This document shows positions 7,068 to 14,102 of a stretch of 32,000 bases of DNA, in pieces. This stretch comes from an uncultured Actinomycetes bacterium. Lineage in GTDB: Bacteria > Actinomycetota > Actinomycetes > S36-B12 > CAIYMF01. The stretch's first letter is position 1, and the number at the start of each line of letters is the position of its first letter. A program made the translations under genes and the position numbers. Location of the stretch: contig CAWJMG010000003.1 of NCBI GenBank assembly GCA_963843975.1, positions 1,710,001-1,742,000 of the forward strand, read 5' to 3'. Below the pieces are notes generated by a model that saw nothing but the letters and a program-made list of their open reading frames with translations, did not search any database and had not been told where the DNA came from.

Positions 7068-8783
7068 CTACGACGCGCGCCCGCCGTCGAGCCAGCGCTG
7101 CACCATGTCCGACAGCGCGTCGATGCCGAACGGCTTGCTCAGGTAGTCGACCATCCCGGCGTCTCGGCACAGGTCGCGCTCGGTCTGCCCCACGTGCGCG
7201 GTCAGCGCGACGATCGGGACGTCGGGCGGTGTCGCGCCGCCTCCGTGGCGACGCCACTCGCGCGTCGTCTCGCGACCGTCCATGCCCGGCATCTGCACGT
7301 CCATCAGGACCAGGCCGTACGCCGTCGCCCGCAGCGACTCGATCGCCGCCTCACCGCTGTCGACCACGTCGGTCGCCACGCCGAGCTTGCCCAGCATGGC
7401 GGCGGCGAGCCGCCGGTTGACGTCGTTGTCGTCGACGAGCAGGACGCGCGTGCTGTGCTCGGAGTGGACGGTCGGGACGTGCACCGGCGCGTGCACGCGC
7501 AGCCGGGCGGAGGTGCCGCCCTCGGCGAGCCGCTGCACCAGCACCGTGCCCCCGAGCGCGGTCGCGAGCCGTGCGGTCTGCGCGAGGCCCGAGCCACCTG
7601 TCGGGCGGCCCGTCTGGTCCCACGTGTAGCCGATGCCGTCGTCGCGCACGTCGAACACGACGGCGTTGTCCTCGAGCGCCACCGAGATCCGCACGCCGCT
7701 GGCCCTCGCATGGCGGACGGCGTTGTCGACGAGCTCGTCGAGCGCCTGCTCGACGAGCGGGAGCGCGAGCTCGACGGGGTGGTCGCCCGCCGGGACCGTG
7801 GCGACGAGGACGGGCACAGCGGGGTCGGAGCGGCGCGCGGCGAGGTCAGTGACGAGCTCGCGCAGGACGACCGGCGAGCGGGGGCCGGCCACGCGGCGCT
7901 CGGTGCCGTCGGCGATGGCGACGAGGGCATCGGCGAGCCGGTCGAGCCGGTCCAGGTCGGCAGCACCCTCCGGTGCGACGCGCCCGCGGAGGTCGGCCGA
8001 GACGTCGTGCAGCTCGTGCACGACCCAGGCGGCGTACGCCGTGCGAGCGTCGTCGGTGCCGCGCCCGTGCCGCGTGAGCGCAGCGACGTCCTGGGTGCGC
8101 TGGGCGAGCAGCTCCTCGAGGCGACGGCGATCCTCCGCCTGCCGCTGCTGCACCCGCTCCCACTCGACCGCGCGGCCGAGCTGCGCGGCCAGCGACGGCG
8201 CGAGCTGCAGCAGCCTCTCGTCGGCCGTCATGGGCTGGTGGTGCACGAACTCGACGACGGCGACGACCTCGATGCCCGTGAGCACCGGGAAGGCCCAGGT
8301 CGCACCCGTCTGCAGACCGCCGCGCGTGTGACCGGGGGCCACCGACAGGTCCGGGATCCAGGCGGCGAGGTGCGAGGCGCCGACCTCGCCGGGGAGCCCG
8401 TTCATGGGGGCGAACCGCTCGTCGACCGTCCCGGCCATGACCGTGTCGAGGAAGTCGAGGTGCCCGGAGTCGGCGTCCCAGATGTCGGAGGTGACGAAGG
8501 CGCCGTCGGGATCGCGCAGCAGCACGTGCGACACGGCGAAGCCGCAGTGCTTCCGGACGACCTTCGCGGCCGCGCTCATGGCCGACAGGGAGTCGTCGGT
8601 CTCGTTCACGATCACGGCGATCGAGGCCAGCAGCTCGACCTCTCGCGCGCGCTCGAACGCGCGACGCAGCTGCGCCTCGGCAGTGCGCTCGGCCTCGAGG
8701 CGGGCGCTGCGCTCCTGCGCCGCGCGGTGCTCGAGGCGGGCGATCTCGTCCGGGCCGGCACCCTCGCCGGGCCCGGCCGTCAT
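7068..8783 (-). CDS. hybrid sensor kinase: coiled coil, GAF, atypical H-box, HATPase_c and canonical receiver
   Basis: 571-aa ORF. Its ATG at 8783 overlaps the upstream stop (ATGA). The region from about residue 50 to 200 is GAF-like. The H-box candidate is AAWVVHELHDV (H256, codon 8016-8018). The N-box is ELVDNAVRHA, G1 is DDGIG and G2 is GGSGLAQ. The receiver has VLLVDDN, LVLMDVQMPGMDG (D495), IVALTAH and SKPF. Confidence 0.85.
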   Translation of the reverse strand: MTAGPGEGAGPDEIARLEHRAAQERSARLEAERTAEAQLRRAFERAREVELLASIAVIVNETDDSLSAMSAAAKVVRKHCGFAVSHVLLRDPDGAFVTSDIWDADSGHLDFLDTVMAGTVDERFAPMNGLPGEVGASHLAAWIPDLSVAPGHTRGGLQTGATWAFPVLTGIEVVAVVEFVHHQPMTADERLLQLAPSLAAQLGRAVEWERVQQRQAEDRRRLEELLAQRTQDVAALTRHGRGTDDARTAYAAWVVHELHDVSADLRGRVAPEGAADLDRLDRLADALVAIADGTERRVAGPRSPVVLRELVTDLAARRSDPAVPVLVATVPAGDHPVELALPLVEQALDELVDNAVRHARASGVRISVALEDNAVVFDVRDDGIGYTWDQTGRPTGGSGLAQTARLATALGGTVLVQRLAEGGTSARLRVHAPVHVPTVHSEHSTRVLLVDDNDVNRRLAAAMLGKLGVATDVVDSGEAAIESLRATAYGLVLMDVQMPGMDGRETTREWRRHGGGATPPDVPIVALTAHVGQTERDLCRDAGMVDYLSKPFGIDALSDMVQRWLDGGRAS

Positions 8784-11194
8784 CGCACGGCTCCCGGCCC
8801 GAGGACGACGTCGAGGAGCCTGCGCAGCTCGCCGATGTCGACCGGCTTGCCGATGTGCCCGTCCATGCCGCTGTTGCGACAGCGCTCGAGCAGGTCGTCG
8901 TCGGCGCCACCGACCATCGCGTACACCGGCACCTTGGCTGCGAGGGGGTCGCGGAGGGCACGGATCTGCTCGGTGGTCGCCGGGCCGTCGACGCCCGGCA
9001 TGCGCGCGGCCACGAGGACGAGGCGCGTCCCGGGTGTCGCGAGGAGCTCCACGGCCTCGGTGGGCGACGCCACGCCGACGCCGGTCACGTCGATGCGCTG
9101 CAGGAGACGAAGCACGTGCGCCCGGCGCGCATCGCTGGACTCGATGACCACGACGGTCGGCGCCTCGACCGCCGACGGCTCGGACGCGACCACGTGCTCC
9201 GCGTCGCCACCAGCGACCTCGACGAGGCGCAGGACGAACCGGAAGGTCGAGCCGGATCCGAGCGTCGACTCGACGGCGATCTGGCCGCCCATGAGGCCGA
9301 CCAGCCGCTCGGCGATGGCGAGGCCGAGGCCAGTGCCCTCCTGGCTGCTGCGGGCCTGGACGAACGGGTCGAAGATCGTCGCCACCTTCTCGGGCGCGAT
9401 GCCGGGGCCGGTGTCGTGCACCTCGACCTCGACCACGGCCTCCGGGCCGCGGCGCGACATCAGGCGCAGCGAGAGGGACACCGAGCCGCTCGCGGTGAAC
9501 TTCACGGCGTTGCCCACCAGGTTGACGAGCACCTGGCGGAAGCGCACCGGGTCGCCGAGGACGCGCGCCGGGATGTCGGGGTCGGACGAGAGCCCGAGCT
9601 CGATCCCCTTGCCGCGGGCCTGCGGGCCGAGCAGGTCCACGACCGCGCGCGCGACGTCGGCCGGCGAGTAGGGCTCGGAGACGAGGTCGATCCGCCCCGC
9701 CTCGACCTTCTGCAGGTCGAGGATGTCGTTGATGATCGTGACCAGGTTCGACGCCGAGGTGTCGATGACACCGACGAGCTCGGCCTGCTCGCCGTCGAGG
9801 TCGGTCGTGCGCAGCAGGTCGACGGTCGCCATCACGCCGTGCATCGGCGTACGGATCTCGTGGCTCATCGAGGCGAGGAACTGCGACTTCGCGTCCGAGG
9901 CCGCGATCGCCTCGTCGCGAGCCCGGGCCAGGGCCTCCTGGTAGAGGACGCGGTCGGTTGCGTCGCGGAACATCCAGAGGGCGCCGAGGTCCTGACCCTC
10001 GGAGACGATCGGCTGGAAGTCGAACTCCAGCACGCGCGAGCCCGACAGTGTCAGCGACTGGTTGACGGCCGGCCAGCGGCGCGTCGTGAGGTCCTCCGTA
10101 CGGCGCAGGAACGCGGCCGGGTCGTCCTCTGGGCGCACGACGTGCGCGATCGCGGCGCTTATCGGCAGGCCGGTGAGCTCATCAGGGTCGACGGCCGAGC
10201 GGAACATCTGCGTGAGCGTCGCATTGGCCATCACGACCCGTCGCTGCCGGTCCTCCACGAGGACGCCGGACTGCATGTGGTCGAGCAGCGTGGTGAGGCG
10301 CGACATCGTGTCGCGCAGCTCGAGCTCCGCGGTCTTGGCCGTCGTCACGTCCAGCATGAAGCCGAACCGGCGGCGCTTGCCGTCCTCGTCCTCCACGACG
10401 CTGTCGACGGCGCGGGTCCAGATCACGCGGCCGTCGGCCGTGAGGAGGCGCAACTCCTCGTCGAAGGGCGAGTCGTCGACCTCCGACAGGTGGTTGGCCG
10501 TCCACGCGCGGTCGCGATCCTCCGGGTGGACGACGACACGGAAGAAGAACGCGGGCTCGCTCAGCCATCGGCGTGCCGGGTAGCCGAGCCAGTCGGCGAC
10601 CTGCGGGCTGATGAACTCGGCGATCGACTCGTCGCCCAGGGTGTCGATGTACATGACGAGCGGTTGCAGCTCGACGATGCGCCGGTACTGCGCCTCGGCG
10701 CGCGTCAGCATGCGGTTGGCGTCGCGCAGCTCTGTGGCCGAGCGCTGGAGCTCGGCATTCAGCGTGCGGAGGTCGTCGAGGCTGCGCTCCTGGCCGCGGC
10801 GCAGGAACAGCAGGTCCGGCGTCTGGTCGACCGGCGAGAAGTCCGCGGCCGACAGGCCGAGCCGCTCGAGCTCCTGCGACGAGGAGACGATCGGGTTGCC
10901 GATGAGCAGCAGCCCTGCGGGATCGGCGACGTCCACGGCCTGGAACCGCATGCGCGGACCCTCCGGCAGGACGCGCATGAGCAGCATCGAGTCGCGGTGC
11001 GCGCGCATGTGCCCGATCGTGCTCACGCCCAGAGGGCGCACGATCTCGAGGGACTCGAGCAGCGGGCGCCCGACGAGCGTCAGGCCGAGGCGGTCCCAGG
11101 ACGGGCCCTGGCGCAGCACGACGAGGTCCTCGTCGCACAGCACGCCGAAGGGGGCCGCGCGGTCGAGGTCGTCGTCCCGCAGCGAGATGCTCAC
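8780..11194 (-). CDS. HNOBA-PAS-PAS histidine kinase with C-terminal degenerate receiver domain
   Basis: 804-aa ORF. Its GTG at 11194 overlaps the H-NOX stop (GTGA). The N-terminus APFGVLCDEDLVVLRQGPSWDRLGL..LLESLEIVRP resembles the HNOBA domain of soluble guanylate cyclases. A coiled coil and two PAS-like segments follow. HisKA is SMSHEIRTPMHGV. HATPase_c has LVNLVGNAVKFT, HDTGPGI and GTGLGLAI. The receiver-like end has Ala in place of the acceptor Asp (LVLVAARMPGVDG). Confidence 0.9.
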   Translation of the reverse strand: MSISLRDDDLDRAAPFGVLCDEDLVVLRQGPSWDRLGLTLVGRPLLESLEIVRPLGVSTIGHMRAHRDSMLLMRVLPEGPRMRFQAVDVADPAGLLLIGNPIVSSSQELERLGLSAADFSPVDQTPDLLFLRRGQERSLDDLRTLNAELQRSATELRDANRMLTRAEAQYRRIVELQPLVMYIDTLGDESIAEFISPQVADWLGYPARRWLSEPAFFFRVVVHPEDRDRAWTANHLSEVDDSPFDEELRLLTADGRVIWTRAVDSVVEDEDGKRRRFGFMLDVTTAKTAELELRDTMSRLTTLLDHMQSGVLVEDRQRRVVMANATLTQMFRSAVDPDELTGLPISAAIAHVVRPEDDPAAFLRRTEDLTTRRWPAVNQSLTLSGSRVLEFDFQPIVSEGQDLGALWMFRDATDRVLYQEALARARDEAIAASDAKSQFLASMSHEIRTPMHGVMATVDLLRTTDLDGEQAELVGVIDTSASNLVTIINDILDLQKVEAGRIDLVSEPYSPADVARAVVDLLGPQARGKGIELGLSSDPDIPARVLGDPVRFRQVLVNLVGNAVKFTASGSVSLSLRLMSRRGPEAVVEVEVHDTGPGIAPEKVATIFDPFVQARSSQEGTGLGLAIAERLVGLMGGQIAVESTLGSGSTFRFVLRLVEVAGGDAEHVVASEPSAVEAPTVVVIESSDARRAHVLRLLQRIDVTGVGVASPTEAVELLATPGTRLVLVAARMPGVDGPATTEQIRALRDPLAAKVPVYAMVGGADDDLLERCRNSGMDGHIGKPVDIGELRRLLDVVLGPGAVR

Positions 11195-11748
11195 GACGTA
11201 CCGGCGCCCCTCAGCCGGACGAAGAACACCTCGTGGTCGGTGCCGTCCGAGGCCACGCCGTCGTGCGTGACGTCCGCAGGCGTGCCGTACAGGTCGCCCA
11301 GCCCTTCGAGCAGGCCGACGACGAACGGGACGAGGCCCACCCGATCGGAGCGGTAGTGGACCTCGAGGGTGCCGTCGCCGGTCTCGAGCACGTCGAACGA
11401 CGGCGGGCGCAGCTCGGGGTAGAGCGACTGCAGCCGCGCGTGCATCTCGTCGAGGTTGCGCAGCACCGAGGGAACGTCGGTGCCCGTGGCGCCGAGGATG
11501 TCGCTGTAGCTCTCGGGGCCGACACGGGTGGACCAGAAGTGCCCGAAGCCGCGCAGCAGCTCGTCGGCCGGCGCGCCGAGCTCGTCGCTGGCGGCGGCGA
11601 CGAGCGCGTAGGTGACGGCGTCGTCGTAGTAGTGCAGCGCCGCGAACGTCTGACTCGTCTCCGCCTTGGTCGCGATCGCGCTCCAGGCCGCGGGTCCGGC
11701 GTTCTCCACGACGTGGCGACGCATCGCCTCGTTGATGAGTCCGTACAC
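11191..11748 (-). CDS. hnoX: H-NOX (haem nitric oxide/oxygen binding, HNOB) sensor protein
   Basis: I prefer the GTG at 11748 (AGAGGGG SD 7 nt upstream). It gives the canonical N-terminus MYGLINEAM. The proximal haem His lies in NLDEMHARL (H103, codon 11440-11442). The haem-propionate motif Y-x-S-x-R appears as HYRSDRVGL (Y132/S134/R136). PPSFDV is also present. At 185 aa the length is typical of the family. Confidence 0.9.
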   Translation of the reverse strand: MYGLINEAMRRHVVENAGPAAWSAIATKAETSQTFAALHYYDDAVTYALVAAASDELGAPADELLRGFGHFWSTRVGPESYSDILGATGTDVPSVLRNLDEMHARLQSLYPELRPPSFDVLETGDGTLEVHYRSDRVGLVPFVVGLLEGLGDLYGTPADVTHDGVASDGTDHEVFFVRLRGAGTS

Positions 11749-11815
11749 CGTCACGCCCCTCTGCGGGTCGAGGTCTGGGCGAGGTCCGAGGCCCGGGCCG
11801 GGGCCCCGTCGAGGG

Positions 11816-12502
11816 TCAGACCGGCTCGAACCGGTAGCCCACCCCACGGAGCGTACGGATGTGGCGCGGGGATGCGGCCGACTCGCCGAGCTTCTTGCGC
11901 AGCTTGCCGACGTGCACCTCGATCACGTGGTCGTCGCCGAACCACTCGCCCCAGATCTGCTCGAGCAGCTGCTCGCGCGTGAAGATGCGGCGCGGGTTGC
12001 CCGACAGCAGGTCGAGGATGTCGAACTCGATCTTGGTGAGCTCGACCTCCTCGCCGTCGACCTTCACCTCGCGGGCCAGCGGGTCGACGATCAGGTGCCC
12101 GAAGTCGCGGACCTCCTGCTGCGCGCGCTGACGCGGGCGGCGGCGCATCGCGCGGATGCGGGCGGCGAGCTCGCGGGGGGAGAACGGCTTGGTGACGTAG
12201 TCGTCGGCGCCGACGGTGAGGCCCACGATCTTGTCGACCTCGTCGTCGCGCGAGGTGACCATGACGACGTAGGCGTCGCTGAAGACGCGCAGCTGGCGGC
12301 AGACCTCGACGCCGTCGGAGTCCGGCAGGGAGAGGTCGAGGATGACGAGCTCGGGCTTGCCGGCGCGGGCGAACTCCAGCCCCTTCTTGCCGAGGGGAGT
12401 CGCGACGACGTCGTAGCCCTCCTTCTCCAGGAGGCCGCGCACGAGCAGGGTGATCTCCGGCGAGTCCTCGATGATGAGGGCCTGACCTCGCTGAGTGGCC
12501 AC
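11816..12502 (-). CDS. OmpR/PhoB-family response regulator (receiver plus winged-helix DNA binding)
   Basis: GTG at 12502 (GAAAGGA SD 8 nt upstream). The receiver has IIEDS, LVILDLSLPDSDG, MVTSR and TKPF. The C-terminal wHTH has LTKIEFDILDLL..REQLLEQIWG..IEVHVGKLRKKL..IRTLRGVGYRF. Confidence 0.9.
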   Translation of the reverse strand: MATQRGQALIIEDSPEITLLVRGLLEKEGYDVVATPLGKKGLEFARAGKPELVILDLSLPDSDGVEVCRQLRVFSDAYVVMVTSRDDEVDKIVGLTVGADDYVTKPFSPRELAARIRAMRRRPRQRAQQEVRDFGHLIVDPLAREVKVDGEEVELTKIEFDILDLLSGNPRRIFTREQLLEQIWGEWFGDDHVIEVHVGKLRKKLGESAASPRHIRTLRGVGYRFEPV

Positions 12503-12537
12503 GATGCTTGTCCTTTCGGCTTGTCCGGTGAGCGCCA

Positions 12538-12550
12538 TCACAGACTGTGA
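12538..12550. promoter_or_regulatory. perfect 13-bp palindrome TCACAGACTGTGA upstream of the response-regulator/H-NOX operon (candidate operator)
   Basis: It lies 36-48 nt upstream of the regulator start and is relatively AT-rich for this DNA. It sits next to a CTCGGAG-N7-CTCCGAG hairpin (12556-12576). Three ACTCC-containing repeats are nearby at 12547-12556, 12577-12585 and 12628-12635. Confidence 0.3.
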
Positions 12551-12725
12551 CACTCCTCGGAGTTGCGCGCTCCGAGAGTTACTCCGTCCGTGTTCCGCCG
12601 GACGTCCCTATCCGATCAACTGTCGTGGTCACTCCATCACATGCGCCTCTCGGGATGCTCAACGAGCGATCAGCGGAGGAGAGCGACCGGAGAGGTGCCC
12701 GCGCCATCGACGCAACCTGGGTCGG

Positions 12726-13910
12726 TCAGCCCGTCGAGTCGGCGACTTCCGCGACGACGTCGTACTTCGGTGCGTAGGTCTCGAGGAACGACATGACGAT
12801 CGCGGCCACGGGAACGGCGAGGACCGCACCGGCGGCGCCGAACAACGAGGCGCCGAACAGGACCGCGCCGAAGGAGACAGCTGGATGGAGGTCGACCGCC
12901 TTGGCGCTGATCTTCGGCTCGATGGTGAGGTTCTCGACCTGCTGGTAGAGCAGAGCCCAGGCCAGCGCGATGAGGCCGATCTTCGGGTCGGGGGACAGCA
13001 GGCCGATGAGGACGGGCAGCGCGATCGCGATGTAGGTGCCGATCGTGGGCACGAACTGCGCGACGACACCGGTCCAGATGCCGAGCGGGAGCCAGTACGG
13101 CATACCGATGATCCAGAGCACCAGGGCGGTGGTGCTGCCGTTGATGAACGCGAGGACGAGACGGGCCGCGACGTACCCGCCGGCCTTCTCGATCGACACG
13201 TCCCAGAGCTCGCTGTTGACCCGCTGCGCTGACCCCGGAAGGAACTTCGAGACCCAGCGTCGGAGACGGGGTGCGTCGGCCGACAGGTAGAAGGTGAAGA
13301 GGAGCAGCGTGAACACGTTGAAGACCGAGCCGACGAAGCTGAAGATCGCGCCGAAGATCCCGCCGGCGGCACCGGCCGCCCACGAGGCGATGGCGCCGGG
13401 CGTGAGCCCGATGCTGTCGAGGATCTTGTCGACGCTCAGGTCGGTCGCGAACTGCCTGTTGACCCAGTCGATGACGTTGGAGACGACGTCGGGCAGCGAC
13501 TTGATGAGCTGCAGGAGCTGGTCGACGAGCAGGTTGCCGAAGATCGCGAAGAAGATGACCGTCGCGACGAGCGCCGCGACCATGATGAGTCCGGCGGCGA
13601 GCCCTCGCCTCATCCCGCGGCGGGCGAAGAACGAGACCGCAGGCTCCATCACGACCGACAGGGCGAACGCCATGATGATCGTGAACAGCACGCCGCCCGC
13701 GTCCTCGAGCACGAACATCCCGAAGGCGATGACCCCGGCGATCACGAGGAAGAGCGCCGCGACGCGGCGCAGGTTGGCCATGTCGAAGATGACGGTGGGC
13801 TCGCGCTCGTGCTTGCGCCCGCCGTCGGCCGCTCTCACCTTCGCCTCCGGCTCGGCCACAGCTCCGTCGGCCGTTCCGCCCCCGTGGGCGCTGTCGTCCT
13901 CGGTCGCCAT
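12726..13910 (-). CDS. AI-2E family transporter (PerM/UPF0118-like permease)
   Basis: 394-aa ORF with ATG at 13910 (GAGGGGA SD 6 nt upstream). It is polytopic. The family-typical C-terminal segments are YVAARLVLAFINGSTTALVLWIIGMPYWLPLGIWTGVVAQFVPTIGTYI and LLYQQVENLTIEPKI. Confidence 0.85.
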   Translation of the reverse strand: MATEDDSAHGGGTADGAVAEPEAKVRAADGGRKHEREPTVIFDMANLRRVAALFLVIAGVIAFGMFVLEDAGGVLFTIIMAFALSVVMEPAVSFFARRGMRRGLAAGLIMVAALVATVIFFAIFGNLLVDQLLQLIKSLPDVVSNVIDWVNRQFATDLSVDKILDSIGLTPGAIASWAAGAAGGIFGAIFSFVGSVFNVFTLLLFTFYLSADAPRLRRWVSKFLPGSAQRVNSELWDVSIEKAGGYVAARLVLAFINGSTTALVLWIIGMPYWLPLGIWTGVVAQFVPTIGTYIAIALPVLIGLLSPDPKIGLIALAWALLYQQVENLTIEPKISAKAVDLHPAVSFGAVLFGASLFGAAGAVLAVPVAAIVMSFLETYAPKYDVVAEVADSTG

Positions 13911-14049
13911 CTGCCGTCCCCTCGGTCAACCCCCTGACCGGCCGATCGTAGGGGGCTCGTCGCCGCCCGGGGCCGACCTTGGCCGTTACGCCGGGTTACG
14001 TGGCGAGGGATCTCACAGGGCGGTTCCGCCGACGGACCGGCGACGTCGA

Positions 14050-14092
14050 CCTCGGATCGCTAGCGTCGAACCCGACGGAACCCGATCCGAGG
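14050..14092 (+). promoter_or_regulatory. 5'-UTR hairpin that can sequester the SD of the CoA-transferase gene
   Basis: Perfect 10-bp inverted repeat CCTCGGATCG (14050-14059) / CGATCCGAGG (14083-14092). The right arm contains the GAGG of the ribosome-binding site for the ATG at 14103. A nested CGTCG..CGACG stem lies in the loop. Confidence 0.35.
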
Positions 14093-14102
14093 ACGGACGA
14101 CC

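Noticed and set aside
7194-11356. 825-aa (7194..9671) and 833-aa (8855..11356) + strand ORFs
   Set aside because: They are antisense shadows of the two histidine-kinase genes, whose motifs (HisKA, HATPase_c, receiver) are unambiguous on the minus strand.
11749-11847. Longer start for the H-NOX gene (MGWATGSSRSDPRRGPGPG...)
   Set aside because: The extension is Gly/Pro/Arg-rich. The GTG at 11748 yields the family-typical MYGL N-terminus and has a well-spaced AGAGGGG SD. The GTG at 11754 has essentially no spacer.
12538-12550. CRP/GlxR-type site, because of the TGTGA and TCACA pentamers
   Set aside because: The pentamers are in the inverted order (TCACA-N3-TGTGA) with the wrong spacing relative to TGTGA-N6-TCACA. 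I keep it only as a generic palindromic operator candidate.
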